A DNA stretch of 64,000 nt from the human T2T-CHM13v2.0 reference genome, Homo sapiens. Position 1 is the first letter of the stretch; every line of letters starts with the position of its first letter. The stretch lies in assembly GCF_009914755.1 (NCBI RefSeq), contig NC_060927.1. One strand, given 5' to 3'. Positions 29,810-56,385 of the stretch are shown here, piece by piece. The translations under genes were made by a program, and so were the position numbers. The notes beneath the pieces are model-generated. The model made no database searches. It saw only the letters and a program-made list of their open reading frames with translations, and was not told the DNA's origin.

Positions 29810-29921
29810 CTACTTATGGTGAGAATTAAAGGAGTAGGATGGGTGAGTGCTCCAGTGAAAAGGCTGGAGAGACAGAAAAAAAATATGAGTGCAGAAGAGA
29901 ATTTGTATAGCTGAAGTGTAC

Positions 29922-30057
29922 CAAAGTCTTGGCCTTCCGGCAAAGAAGATGCTCCAGGTTGTCTTGTTGCCCTATATATTGGCCCTTGAGGCCAGCATCC
30001 ATGTTATCCTTCATGTAACACCAACTATCACAAATAGCCAGGAGATCAGGTATTCTA
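29922..30057 (-). pseudogene. Pseudo-exon 9 (phase 2 to 0)
   Basis: Branch point ctaac followed by attttgattttcag|T AGA ATA ... TTG|gtacac; 136 nt, open: RIPDLLAICDSWCYMKDNMDAGLKGQYIGQQDNLEHLLCRKAKTL. Confidence 0.75.
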
Positions 30058-30263
30058 CTGAAAATCAAAATGTTAGAAATCTTCTCTCCTGTCAACTCTT
30101 ATTAACAAATATTATATATAGTTAGACTAACTTCATCCTTATTTGAATATAATTATTCTCAAAGTATGTCTGGGTAGTCCTTCTGGGCCTCTGTAATACA
30201 GTCCAAGTGTCCATATGCCAAACTTGGAAAGATTGTGGAGATCACTTATCTATTTATCATTTA

Positions 30264-30265
<2 letters not shown>

Positions 30266-30309
<44 letters not shown>
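30266..30309. repeat. (CT)n microsatellite
   Basis: Read directly. Confidence 0.95.
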
Positions 30310-30311
<2 letters not shown>

Positions 30312-30316
30312 AGTTG

Positions 30317-30660
30317 ACCTGAGTGAGACAGTAAGACAAACCCCTCCTCTTCCTCCTCCTCCACAGCCTACTCTACATGAAGATGATGAGGTTGAAGACC
30401 TTTATGCTGACCCACTTCCACTTAATGAATAGTAAATATATTTTCTCTTCCTTACGATTTTCTTAATACCATTTTCTTTTCTCTAGCTTATTTTATTATA
30501 AAAATACAGCATATAATGCATATAATATACAAAATATGTCTTAATCTAGGTTTCTGGTCAATGGTAGGCTATTAGTAGCTAAATTTGGGGGGAGTTATAC
30601 TTGGATATTCAACTGTGTGGGAGATTGGTGCCCCAACCCCTGAATTGTTCGAGTCAATTT
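30317..30660 (+). mobile_element. Tigger2 3' portion
   Basis: cccctcctcttcctcctcct ... gaagacctttatg ... ccacttccacttaatgaatagtaaata. Confidence 0.85.
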
Positions 30661-31981
30661 GTGTTTGTGTTTCTGTGTGTGTGTGTGTGTGTGTGTAAAA
30701 TCCATTTTTGAATTGATTTACTTCTTAGTACAACATGGTGATTTGAGAAGAGATTTCAGTTAATGGGGAATATACTGGTTAATTGAACTTTTGTTAATTT
30801 AAGATTGTTTTTTCTTTACTGTGTTCCTACAAATTTGAGTGTAGTGTAATACGCCACAGAGAAGACTGTGCTGTGTTTGCTACATAAATACCTGCGTCTG
30901 TTAAATTTTATAAAAAATAAGTAAAAACCATTTCATTATTTCTCATTCTATATAATTCTTTAATGTAAATAGAAATAGACTGGTGTTTGTGATGGGATGT
31001 TTAAGCCCATTAAAGAAAAACATTTTCAAATAGTAGAATGACCCAAAATCCTGATGGAGACAAGAACTGTATGTCAGTGTTGTAAAGTAATTTTTTCTGG
31101 CATCTGCAGTTGGCAATGGGCTAGCTGCTAACTGCAGGTGGAGATCCCTCATCAGCAAGTGTTAATATTGAGTTGGAAGTGCAAGGGGAGGAAAGAATTC
31201 ATTTTCACTTTTTCTGTCTCTGTGAATAAAATGATTCACAACCCATACAGCTCCTGTGAGTTTCACTAGAAGCACTTCTGAAAAATAAAATTGCTAAATC
31301 TTAGCAATGCGAACCATTTAAGGGTCGGAGCCAAAACCAAAATACCTTGTGGGGAATCTCTTTTATATCTCATTATGCCTACATGGCTTAGAAACTTCTG
31401 AAGGGAGTTAACTTAGAATCTCCATAGGTAGCCCATTCCATTTTATTATTTGGAATTTCTTATTTAGGGCTAAAATCTGCCTCTGTAAATTAATAGTAGT
31501 AATAATAAGAGCGATAACTACTGAAGCCTGATTTTGCTGAGTGCAATATTTAGCTGAAGATAACAGGATGGACTGTAGCTACTTTTAGCAAAAAGATATT
31601 TTGAAACAGAGAATTGTATACTGACAAAATTCGAAAAGCTAGTGGAACAGGCTATAGATAAGGCTTTGAGAAATGTCTTCTCAAACATTACCAAACAACT
31701 GGCAGTAACAGGGGAGTAAGAGGAAACTATAGTCATTCCAGGACCCCACTGTTTCCCACTTGCCCAATACCAAAACAAACAAAGAAAAACAACACAAAAG
31801 AAAGCAACACCTGAACCCGCTCTCTCTCTAAATCTATTTAGCTCTAGTGTCTTCTACTATTCTACATATGTCATCGTCTCCAAGTTTTCTTTCTTGTTGC
31901 TGCTTTTGTTGTATTATTTTTAACTCCCTTGTGGTCAGGTGAGTAATGTTGTTTTACCTTTGTGATGGGCAGAACCAAATA

Positions 31982-33238
31982 CAGTCATGTGATGCGTAAA
32001 GATATTTTGGTCAACAATGAATGTACCATATCTATGATGGTGATCTCATAGGATTATGATGGAACTGAAAAAATTCCTATTGCCTAGTGATGGCATAGCC
32101 ATTTTAAAGTTGTAGCACAATGTATCACCTTTTCTATGTTTAAATATGTTTAGATACACGAATACTCACCATTGTGTTACAGTTGCCTGCAATATACAGT
32201 ACAGAAACATGCTGTGCAAGTTTATAGTCTAGAAGCAATAGACTATATTATATAGCATAGTTGTGGAGTAGTGATACAATGATAGAGGCAGGAAGCAGAG
32301 AAATTCTAGGCAGAAAAACGTGGGTCCCTGGCGAGGGCCCCGCCCTCAAGCCAAAAACCCAGAGACCACAGCCCAAAGTGAGAAAGTATATTTCTGTTTT
32401 CCCGCTCGAATGTTGCCTTTTTCAAAACAACCCATGGCCTGCCCCACTCCCCATCTTGTGCCTATAAAAACCCCATACTTGGCAGTCAGAAGAAGCAGCT
32501 GGACATCAAAGACTATGGCTGAGCATCGGAGAGAAGCAGCTTGACTTCAGAGGGACAACTGGATGGTGTAACTTTGGAGAAAAATCTGCCAGAGACAGCC
32601 AGACTCCAGGGGAAGACGACCTTTCCAACCCATTCCCTTTTCAGCTCCCCTTCCCACTAACAGCCACTTTCATTGGCGGTAAAATCCTCCACATTTACCA
32701 TCCTTCAATTCGTTCATGCAAGCTCTTTTCTCGTGGATCCCGGACAAGAGCTTAGATGCCATGAGTGCACATACAAAAGGCTGTCACACTTGCCCTTTGC
32801 CCTCACTGGCAGAAGTCAGTTGCCTCACGCAAATAGGCAGAGGGCTCACTGAGCTGTTAACACTTAAGCCGTCTGCAGATGGCAGAGCTAAAAAGTCACT
32901 GTAATACTCCCTCTGGGGCTTCAGCGGTCATGGGTATCCCCCATAGATGTTGCCACAGGGCCTGCCCAGAGTTTGCTCCTGCCGGTGGCCAAATGCGCTC
33001 ACCCTGGCTCCTGCACCTGCACACCTGCATGCTGCCCCTGCAAGGGGTTGAAAAGATGCAGGCTGGGTAAGTAAGGCACACCTGTCATGAGTTCCACGAA
33101 GGGGTCAGGGAAATATCTTGCTTCAGCAGGCAACTCTAAGTTTGTGTAAGTGCTCTCTATGATGTTCTCACAATGAAGGAATCACTTGAAGTCACATTTC
33201 TCAGAAGGCATTCTTATTATGAAGTGATATATGACTGT
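31982..33238. mobile_element. Tigger3a (MER7A), split by an LTR
   Basis: Ends ta-cagtcatg and atgactg-ta; internal aattcctattgcctagtga. Confidence 0.85.
32272..33125 (+). mobile_element. ERV1 solo LTR (LTR1/LTR27-like group)
   Basis: tgatac ... gcttca, 4-bp TSD gtag/gcag, TATA box cctataaaaa at 32461, locally raised GC and CpG. Confidence 0.8.
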
Positions 33239-33292
33239 AGAGGAACATCTCATGCAGCACGTTGGGGAACTAATGGTTTTTGTGTGCCATAC

Positions 33293-33370
33293 ACGGATTC
33301 TTCAATTTCCTGCCAAATTTTGACTCTCAAAAAATGCATCAGAGTAAGCTTTGCAGAAAGATATAGGAGG
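33293..33370 (-). pseudogene. Pseudo-exon 8 (phase 2 to 2)
   Basis: tttattttcatctatcctag|C CTC CTA ... TCC GT|gtatgg; 78 nt, open: LLYLSAKLTLMHFLRVKIWQEIEES. Confidence 0.7.
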
Positions 33371-34452
33371 CTAGGATAGATGAAAATAAAGGTAATCCTT
33401 GTTCTTTTTGCAATTCCTGTAAGGATTTCATCCTACTCTGATAGCACTAATTAGTTATGTTTTATAACATTATGTTTAGTAAGTGGTGTTATATCAGTTT
33501 TAATTATGAAAGAAAGGATCAGCAAGATTAACTGGATTCTCAGAGATTACATACTCACTGGAAAAAGTGGGAATTAAAACTGAGAGCCTTTCTCTCACAA
33601 CCATTCTACTTCTGTTAAGGAAAGAAGAAAATTACCAGTTTTTTTCACATTAGAGAAAATGAAGATCAGGACAACTTCGTATGCATTAGTAGTATACTTA
33701 ATATATTTGACAACCAGAACAGGTCATTTTTAACATTTCCTCTCCTTTCTATGAGAAAGTTATTGTGAGTAGTAAACTTAAGTAAAACAATTAATGATAA
33801 TGACAAAAAGGAAATGCAGACAGTGAAATATTTGTGTAATTGAAGTTGTACAATAATGCTGATAAAAATATATTAAATGAACAAAAAATAAAATAAAAAA
33901 GGTAAAGGATTAATACATTTTAGTTATATTAGCATATGTTTTTCAAAAGGAGGAAAACTTATACCTCATATTAAGATCTCATACTTGAGAATAATAACAC
34001 AATTTCAGCTTTTAAAGTTTCTGCAAATTTGTCAATGACCTTATCAAAATTGATCTGTGTGTATTCATGTTCAACAGACAGTATAGCCAGATATGTCAAT
34101 CTATCTTCACTTAGGATTGATCAAAGCACATTTTAAAATTCTAAATGATTTTTACACATAAAATACAGGCACATCAATGGAAAAAATCTTCAACATAAGG
34201 ATATATTTGTTAGAGATTCATAAAAAGTCTACAATAAATTTCAGATTAAGAAATTAAAACTTCAAGTGGTCACATAGACTAAGAGAACAAAAGCAATTCA
34301 AGAACACTGTGCTTTCAATGTCTATTTAAAAGCATACTGTTTAAAAGCAAAAAGTGTAGAGTTTCACAGGGATTATTGACAAAAACTGTGCCCAAAGCAG
34401 CTCAGGCCATTCCAAAGCATTATGAATGTTTTTGTAAAACAAATGCATGCAC

Positions 34453-34547
34453 CTGAGTCCATGTACATCAGGGACTAGCATAACTGGAAGTTCTCCGGCT
34501 CTTTCAATGTTGATTCTTCCCTTATTTCTTAATGAAAATTTATCTAC
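34453..34547 (-). pseudogene. Pseudo-exon 7 (phase 0 to 2)
   Basis: gtgtttcag|GTA GAT ... CTC AG|gtgcat; 95 nt, open: VDKFSLRNKGRINIERAGELPVMLVPDVHGL. Confidence 0.75.
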
Positions 34548-34684
34548 CTGAAACACTGGATTTGCTAGTTCCTCTTCTTGCTGATGTTGCTGATCATGCA
34601 GCTAAGTTTTTTGTTTTTGTTTTTTTTTTAAAGATGGAAGCAAAGGTGTATGCACTATGGTGCTTGTGGGAAGGTTCTTTCCCA

Positions 34685-34978
<294 letters not shown>

Positions 34979-35968
34979 TCAGTGCAGAACTGACAGCTGG
35001 AGACTGAGGCGCCATCTTGGATCATGAAGCGATATCTTGATGCTGGATGCCAAGAACCGAGAATGCCAGTATAGTAGAGCAAAAGAATAGAAGGCACTTC
35101 GTTCATTGATAAATGCGTGGAACTGCCATATTATTCTTTGACTACTTCCACCAAAAGGGAATACATACTTTTGTATTTAAGTCACTATTTTTCAGATCTC
35201 TTGCTCAGAATCCAATAATATGAACAAGCTAATATTACCTCAAGAATACAAACCTCTTACAACGTAAATTCTGCAAAATTATATTGTAATTATTAAGCAC
35301 GCTTAGATTCTCAGTTTAGAACTTGGCCCTGCCACTAATAGCCTTATGATTCTAGACATTCCTAGTGAGGGGAAATTAATAGTAATAGGGTTTTTGCATG
35401 CATTAAATGATACAATGCTGAATATGACGTATGGTAAGTGCTTAGTAAATATATTCTTTTATTCTTTAAAGAAATCTATATACTTGAGATGGAAATCACT
35501 GCTTTCATTAAGTCTCCCATGGACAATCAGATAAAATCTGATGTTTTGAGATTTAAAATAACTTTCAACAAATCAAACCCAAATCATGAGTCTGCATGTA
35601 GAAATGAGCCTCCAATATGAATTCTATGTAAACATTATTAAAATTGATGTTGTAAGTTCTTGCCTAGAACTAACATAAGTCCCAAGGATTTTTATAAAGC
35701 TATTCTGTAAAACTGTCTGCATTGGCCATGTAAGGAACTAAGATGAGCCAGGTGAGGCACTTAGGGAGCGACATTTAAAGATGCACTCACATGCAGGTTC
35801 TGCACTTGCAGGAAACTGACATTAAGTGCTGCCCTAAATGTTGTGTTCTGGGAGTCTCACTTGCCTGACCCTATTCCTGGTCCTGGTCTAGGGACACAGA
35901 TTGGTCTAATCACAGGCAGTAAAATGCCACCACCTGCTACAATAAGCCATTGATTCTCTTTCTCTCAC

Positions 35969-36066
35969 TTGATTTTCATATGTAGGAAAAATGGAAATAC
36001 AAACATTTGTAGGATTAATGAACAAATGAGCAACTGAGTGACAACTGAACCATAAATTTCTTGGTT
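35969..36066 (-). pseudogene. Pseudo-exon 6 (phase 1 to 0)
   Basis: aagcag|AA CCA AGA ... CAA|gtgaga; 98 nt, open: PRNLWFSCHSVAHLFINPTNVCISIFPTYENQ. Confidence 0.7.
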
Positions 36067-36129
36067 CTGCTTATATATTGTCAGAAGGGTAAGAAACACC
36101 AGAAAATATTTAATTTCTTTCACACAACC

Positions 36130-38084
<1,955 letters not shown>

Positions 38085-38101
38085 TGGTAAAGTGCATTTT
38101 C

Positions 38102-48433
<10,332 letters not shown>

Positions 48434-49504
48434 TGGTAAAGTGCATTTTCACAGGTTTTGCCCGCCCCCCACTTTTTTTGGTTATTTGTCTTACTTTTTA
48501 GTTGTAAGAGTGTTTTATATATTCTAGATTTAATTATTTATCTGAGAGATGTATTGCAAATATTTTGTCTCAATTTGTGGCTAGTCATTTTGTTTCCTAA
48601 GTGCTGTCTTTAGAAGGAAAAAATTTAAAATTTTGATGGAATTCAGTTTCTCAATTTTTTTTCTTTTAGGTTTTATTCAAAAACTTTGCAAACTTTAAGG
48701 TTAAAAGACTTTCTTCTGTGTTTTAGTACAGAGGTTTTATAGTTTTAGATTTTACATTTAGGTAGGTCTCATCCGTTTTGAGTTAACTCTTACATGGTGA
48801 GAGATGAAGATCTATTTTCATTATTTTCTATATTTATATTCACATAATCCAGCACAGTTTGTCAGAAAATTTTTCTTTCTCTGTTGAGTTGCTTTGGCAC
48901 TTTTGCCAAAAATCAATCAATACGTAAACATAGGTCCGTTTCTGGCCTCTCTATTATTTTCCATTAATCTGTATTGTCACTATAACTAAATTGTGTTGAT
49001 TACTATAGCTTTAGAATAAATCTGAAGTCATATAAAATTCTCTATTTTGTTCCTCTCTATATTTTTTAAATAACATTGCTTATATTGGGTCCTGTAAGTA
49101 TTTTAATATCATCTTATCAATTTCTTTAAAAATAAAGCCTGCTACAATTTTGATTAGGATTGCATTGAATCCATGGAATAACTATAGGAGAATGTCTATC
49201 TTAGAAATACTGTCTTCTTGTCCATTAACCTGGTGTAGATATTTTAAAATTTCTCTCAGCGATGTTTTGTGGTTTTCAGTAAAGCATTTTTAGATGTCTT
49301 TTGTTAGGTTTATTCCTAAGTAATTTGTGGTAATTACATCATCTAGAAATAGGGAATATCTTCTGCTGTTGTTAAAACTTTCTCTGTTTTCTTGCTACCT
49401 ACTTTCACGGGGACTGCCTCCTTCTCCTGTGTTCTGCCACAATTTGTCTGTCCTGTTTCTTCAGACAGACTTGTTACTATTCGGAATTTGATTCACCTGT
49501 TTGA

Positions 49505-49875
<371 letters not shown>

Positions 49876-50334
49876 TGATGGATTATTAAAAGGTTATGAT
49901 TTTTTTAAAATTATTTAACTTTTTCTAATTGTTAGACTGGAACAGCTTTCTCTGTTGTTTCTGCATCCAAACAGAACTGTTTGTAAGTTTTGATATGCTA
50001 TATTTTCATTATTTTCAGATCAAAAGACATTATTTTTATTATGATTTTTGTTGATTTAATGAGATTTTTGAAAGTCTGTCACTCAATTTATCATCTGATA
50101 ATTTCATATTATTTTGTCATTGATTTTAGTTGAATTCTGTTGTGTTGGAGATCATGCTCTGTATGTTTATTGAGGTGTCATTCAATAAGTGGAGCATCAC
50201 CTGTCTATATTGGTGAAAATTTCATTTGCACATGATTAAAATTTGTATTCTGAAGTAGTTGGCCATAGTGTCCTAAAATATCAACTAAAGTAATTTGGGT
50301 AGTAGGTTTGTACACATCTTCTATGTGTTTATTA

Positions 50335-50654
<320 letters not shown>

Positions 50655-51889
50655 AATGCCGTGTTATGTCTTTTTCTTCTGTCGCTTCTATCAATTTTTG
50701 TTCTTTATATTTGAATATATGCTTTTAAAAGCATACATGTTTAGAATTGTTGTATCTTCCTGATGAATTTATCCTTTTATCATTAAAAAACTTACTCTTT
50801 ATTTCTGATGATACTTCTTGTCTCAACGTTTACTTTGTCTCAAATTGACATAGCTCTATGCTGGATTGCTTATTAGTGTTTGCTTGGTGTGTCTTTCCCA
50901 TCTGCTCACTTTTCAACGGTGTGTGTACATTATTGTTCCACCAGAGAAACAGAACCAGTAGGCTAGATGGCTAGAAAAAGAGGAATCATTGAAAATATCC
51001 AAATTTTGTCTGTTGAGTACCAAGTTTCTGATATTTTGTTGGCTTGAGGTCCTTTCCATGCCTTTATCCATCTATGTAAATATTTATTAAGGGCCTATAA
51101 TATAGCAGGTGCTCAGCTGTAATTTTGAAACATATCAATACTAATGGAAACTCCCTGTCAGTAGAGTGTTTCCCAGCATTTGACATCACACAAAAATCCG
51201 CTGACACATAACATAGACTCCAACATCCTAGGCTTTATCCAATCTCAGCCACTTGGGCGAGCTTAGTGTGCCACCTGCTTCCCACCTTTTCTGTGAATTC
51301 TTTCCTTTCTGGATTGGGTGCCTCATGCTGGTTGCTGTGAGCAGAAAGACAAGTAAGCCCAAGTATCCAGGTGTTATTACTCTTTCATTTTATTTCTTAC
51401 AGGTTATGCCAATCAACTGAGCAGAAAATAAAAGACCTCTAATGTTAATGTAGTACTTGTATACATATATGCATAGAACAGCCGTAGTTAAATTTGTCAG
51501 GATATAATTTAGCCACGGGCACTTTTTCTGCTCTGAAATTGAAGACAGATTCATAAGCTCAAAATAAAAGGGAAAAATAGTAGTCCTTTGAAAAATAAGT
51601 GTAATGTTACTTCAACTTCATAATTTAGGAGTAAGGTATGTAGACATTAATTTGAACCCTAATAAGTGTATTTAATAAGCATGTTATAAGATTACATAAT
51701 TATTATGTAGCCTAAGAATATTTAATAACCACATTATACATTGCTATTATGCTTTACAGTATGGAATAGAGTTCCATTTTCACTTTCAGAATTAGCATTC
51801 CTCCCATGCTGATAAATCAAGTAATTAGTTCTTTACTGATTGAACCATTTTTTTCTCCTCTTTTAGTATTTGGAACTGGAACAACTTAC

Positions 51890-52121
51890 TTTTGATGATT
51901 CTTACTTACTGGTCCAGTCTCAGCCCACCTGCACACTATAATATCTCTGCATTTGTAAGACTGTAAAAAGCCTCAGGCTAATTTTTCTTGAATAATTCAT
52001 TATCTGTATTTTCAGTGACACATATATCCTGGGAATGCTGATCATATGCATTGCTCGCTTTGATCTTGAGAGAGCTTAGGAGATTTTGAACTGCATTTTC
52101 ATCACACATTAAATTTGTTGG
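51890..52121 (-). pseudogene. Pseudo-exon 5 (phase 0 to 1)
   Basis: tttcatattgcag|CCA ACA ... AAA A|gtaagt; 232 nt: PTNLMCDENAVQNLLSSLKIKASNAYDQHSQDICVTENTDNELFKKN*PEAFYSLTNAEIL*CAGGLRLDQ*VRIIK. A second gtaagt donor at 51909 would give phase 2. Confidence 0.7.
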
Positions 52122-52835
52122 CTGCAATATGAAATCTGTTGTCACTAACACTTAATTTAAGGCAAGCCACTGAGAATCCTTCAATGCTTAGCAGTAGCAA
52201 GTACTTTGCACAGTCTTTGTCTTTGTGTCTAGGCCTTAGGTGGTGGGCATAGGGACATTACATTCAAACTAAAGCAAACTTATTTTAACTAATTTTTAAA
52301 ATTCCATTTGACAAATACTTTTCTCATTTCTGCTCTTATGGAGTATACATTTTAGTGGAATGGGACAAAAAATAAATGAACAATAACACTTTTATAATTG
52401 TAAATGATCTAAAGACAAAAAGATGATGACGTAGATTGGGTAAGACTAGCAGTTACCAAGTTTGGTGAGCCCAGGGAAAAATGAAACTGTGGGGCTCTTC
52501 TATAAAAAAATAAGAATCTTGGCATGGCAACAGCAGAAATGAAACCAGCCCTGTTAGCATGATGGGAAAGAGTGGGCAGGGACCTTATTAAGGGTGTTCT
52601 AAATCTTTAGGTAAACTTTAGAAGTTAAAATGTTAGAGAAGAGTCATTCCCATGGCCCTAACCGGCTTGAGGAACAGAAAGTCCTGGGGAGCTGATGCAC
52701 CTAGGCCAGGCTCTATAAGATGAAGCCCTGGAGAGAAGGTGGGGCTCTGTAAGGCCTGCTAAGTCATGTCAGAGTGTTAGAATATTGGTAGTTATAAATA
52801 TCAGCATTATTCTCTCTGTTTTTGAGTGTTCCTAC

Positions 52836-53118
52836 CAGAACTTCTTTGTTCAGTGGGGACTAGGAGGGAGGAGACAGCAGCTTTTCACTCAGTCTGGTGT
52901 TGACTGATGAAGTAACATGTTTGCAGATTTTGAAGATCTACACTGAATGATGGCGTTGGAAAGCTGAATACTTTTGTGATGTTATCTGGCCCATATATGA
53001 TGTTATCTACTCCATATATGACCAGTGATTTTGTTTATGTAACAGTGATCCCTTTTTCTACTTATGTGATTGGCAAATTCTGGAACAAGCTGCCAGTCTT
53101 GTTCTGTTAAACACAGCC
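52836..53118 (-). pseudogene. Pseudo-exon 4 (phase 1 to 0 with a frameshift and a 21-bp duplication)
   Basis: tttcatttgtag|GG CTG TGT ... GTT CTG|gtagga. Starts LCLTEQDWQLVPEFANHISRKRDHCYINKITGH and ends MGQITSQKYSAFQRHHSV*IFKICKHVTSSVNTRLSEKLLSPPS*SPLNKEVL in a second frame. Confidence 0.65.
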
Positions 53119-53934
53119 CTACAAATGAAACCCAAATTTATGTATCGACTCAAATGTGGCCTATGCTACTGTTATATTAAAGACTCCAAGGAAATTATAA
53201 GGCCAGAGCCCATTTCTTATTTGTATCCAAAAATATCAGAAATGTTGATGTAAGAAGAAAAAAAATTACTAATAAAAGATTCATCGTACTACTATATTCT
53301 GACATCGTAGGTATTCAGAGAGTTAGAATAAATGGCCACTTAGTATGAGTAACTCAGCATGAAGAAAAGTTTATTAGCTCCTCCGTTAACAGTCAATCAA
53401 CTTTGGTAATAACTGCCTCCCCTTATTAGCACATGTAATAGTCCCTAAGCAAAATTAATAGTTTAGATAAAACACACAACCTATGGAGATTTAGAGATGA
53501 ATACTTATTTTCCTGCTAATGTATCATTAATATAAATATTGCTTTTTATTTATGTAAACTTTAATTGGGGCATGGAGTAAAGGAGCATATGATTGCTGCA
53601 CTTGCTATAAGGCTCATGGCAGGTGCCACATCCTTTATGTGAGTCTCCGTGGAGGTACCACCCACACAACATCTGCAGAAATGACCTAGCTTATAGTTTA
53701 GGCTTCTTAACTGTGTGATCTTAATAAATCACCCAACTTCTCTGAGGTTTAGCTTCCTTGCCTATAAAATAAAGAAAAATTACCTGTAAAAAAATATTTG
53801 CTATGATGCAATGAATCATCCAAATGACAGGCCCAGCCCTGTGGTTTCTCCCCTTGTGGATACATCTTATGGATCAAGAGGCAATGAGTGCACATATTTT
53901 TTGTGATAGACAGTTATATTTGGAGGAGCCCTAC

Positions 53935-54004
53935 CACTGTTTTTCAAGTGCTTTCCTCTTTGTTCAATTAATTTCCAACTCAAATCTTTGATATAAATTC
54001 TTAA
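53935..54004 (-). pseudogene. Pseudo-exon 3 (phase 0 to 1)
   Basis: gcatttttcaag|TTA AGA ... AGT G|gtaggg; 70 nt, open: LRIYIKDLSWKLIEQRGKHLKNS. An alternative in-phase acceptor would start the exon at 54055. Confidence 0.65.
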
Positions 54005-54189
54005 CTTGAAAAATGCAAATGATCTAATTATATCTTTACACACAAATCCAAATATCTTTAAACATACATAGATCACACATTAATGCTGAAAGGTGAGTCA
54101 GGTGTGTGTGTGTGTGTGCGTGTGTGTGTGTGTGTGCATATTTAATGGACATTTGCTAGAGCTAGTTTAAGGGTTAGATTATAAACTAC

Positions 54190-54723
54190 CTAATGGTAGC
54201 AGGTATGTCTTATTTATCTCTCAATACTGAGCACCAAGCACAGGGGTGATCGCATGCAAGGTGGTTAGGATGTTTGACGTAAAGTAGGAACCGTGAGCAA
54301 CTCCAAAGACAGAAAACAGCCCTGAGGAGTTTGTATAAAATCAATACTAACTGTAGGTGTCTTTGAGGACAAAAATTATGCTTCTCACTCTCCATATTAC
54401 TTTTTTTTTTTCTTTTTGAGATGGAGTCTCGCTCTGTTGCACAGGCTGGAGTGTAGTGGTGTTCTCTCTGCTTATTGAAACCTCTGCCTCCAGGGTTCAA
54501 GCGATTCTCCTGCCTCAGCCTCCCAAGTAGCTGGGACTACAGGCACCTGCTACCACAACCACCTATTTTTTTTTTTTTTTTTGTATTTTTAATATAGATG
54601 GGGTTTCCCCATGTTGACCAGGCTGATCTCGATCTCTTGGCCTCAGGTGATCTGCCCGCCTTGGTCTCCCAAAGTGCTGGGATTACAGGGGTGAGCCACC
54701 ACGCCTGGCCTCCATATTGCTTT
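54190..54723 (-). pseudogene. Pseudo-exon 2 (phase 2 to 0), interrupted by an AluS
   Basis: gccttgcag|A AAG CAA ... TAG|gtagtt; 214 nt after removing the Alu and one TSD copy. Reads KQYGE*EA*FLSSKTPTVSIDFIQTPQGCFLSLELLTVPTLRQTS*PPCMRSPLCLVLSIER*IRHTCYH*. Five stops, so support is mainly splice sites and phase fit. Confidence 0.5.
54404..54710 (-). mobile_element. AluSx-like, inside pseudo-exon 2
   Basis: Dimer; TSD tccatatt(a/g)cttt at 54391-54403 and 54711-54723. Confidence 0.93.
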
Positions 54724-55412
54724 CTGCAAGGCATTCCGACAGGGTTGAGGGATCAGGAAAGGGGAGAGAGTTTATATCATAGTAAATGTTATCGCTTCAC
54801 TAAATAAGAGATTTGGAAACTGTTTTACACTTTCACTAACTTATTAAAACATCTTTTATTGGAATTGACTTTTCCCTTTTCTATTTTAATACGTAATTTT
54901 CACATAAGAAAGTCTGTTTTAAAATCATTTCCAAATTTCCTAAGACAATCTGGAAGCTATTTTGGAGATGTGGCATTCCCAGAAGAATAAAGTAGATTGA
55001 GTAAATGCTAAATGAGTGTATTAAAAAATAGGCTGCCTTAAAGGCACTTAGGCATCACTACTATTTTGAAATAATCATCACTTAGAATTATAACTCACTT
55101 GTTTTGCAAGCCGGGTTAATAAATGCACAAAATTTGAACCACTAATGAGACTTTTCTTCATTTAAAGTGTGGGGAGGACATGTGGAAATGCAGTGTCTGC
55201 TAACTAGTTTCTATTTTCATAAGGATTTTAAAATGACAAATATAGTGACAGAAACTAGGTAACATTTACCAAGTTCATTGAAATGGTTGGTTATTTTTCA
55301 GTGGTCTCCTAGGAGTTTAAAATAATATGGGAAGCTTCCTGGAAACACCTTATAAAAGACCTAAATTGTTCCCAGAAGACTGGAGATTTTCTGAACTCTG
55401 TATGATCTTTAA

Positions 55413-55596
55413 CAGTGGTTCATCATTCTTATTGTATATTAGAGTTATACTGGGGAGCTTTACAAAAATATTGATACTTGGGTGTATCTGGAACAATCAA
55501 ATCATAGTCTTTGGTGAGTGGAGAGTTTGTAGGGACTGAGCATCAGTGTGGTAGAAGCTTCCCAGGTTAATGTGTAGCCATTGTTGAAAATCACTG
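55413..55596. mobile_element. MER5-type hAT element
   Basis: TIRs cagtggttc and gaaaatcactg. Confidence 0.7.
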
Positions 55597-56385
55597 ACAT
55601 AGCTAGAACAAGAACAGCAAGTTCATGACAATGAAACTACAATTTCCACTGTCCCTGCACAAAAGATACTGTTGATATCTAAATGTGTTTTCCTACTGGA
55701 ACCATGCCCAGTCTCAGAAAATTCTCTGAGGAATTTGTGGTAATTTTCGGAGTTCACAGATGTTCAATAAGTATTTATGGATTGATCAGACTGTCCCCAA
55801 TAACCCACCAGCAGATTACTAGATACTTGATTTGTTCTATACTTAGCTTGGCCCAGTGTTTGTGAGCAGAAGAAGAATAAGGCATTTCTTTCTTGCTTCA
55901 AATATTCATGGAGCAATTCGTGACTGTGAAGTTTATTTTAAAATAATCTCTGACCCAAACTGAAATCCTGTTCTATGATTTTATTTGATATCATTAAAAA
56001 TCTGTAACATAACTGAAATCTGCATTTTAATCAAATAGGCAACCATTATAATATTTAATGTTAATGTGTTACAAGGTGTAGTTCACAGAAACAAAGAGAC
56101 TTTGAGTTAAACAGAGGCATCTCTACCACCTAATTCACCCTTAAGGACTATGAAATTCACCAAAAGCACATGCCAGTGAACATCCAGGGCCCTGTATCTT
56201 CTGCCAGTGAATGAATATAGGACTTCAAAAGCACAAAAAGTAAAGAAGCAGTGCCTTCCAGCCTTCATCCTCTGAAGAGCAGTCTATATACACTTGCTCC
56301 TTCTTTTGTTTAAAAATCTTTATCCTTGACATTTAGAAAGTTATACTTTCTCATTTGCAAAATAACACATATAATTCCTAATTAC

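Noticed and set aside
31043-31146. Possible extra phase 2-2 exon DLHLQLAASPLPTADARKNYFTTLTYSSCLHQDF
   Set aside because: The frame is open and phase-compatible, but both splice sites are weak and the chain does not need it; worth retesting against an orthologue.
51353-51402. Plus-strand gtaagc donor and ttatttcttacag acceptor
   Set aside because: The implied intron is only 50 nt and no linked exons were found.
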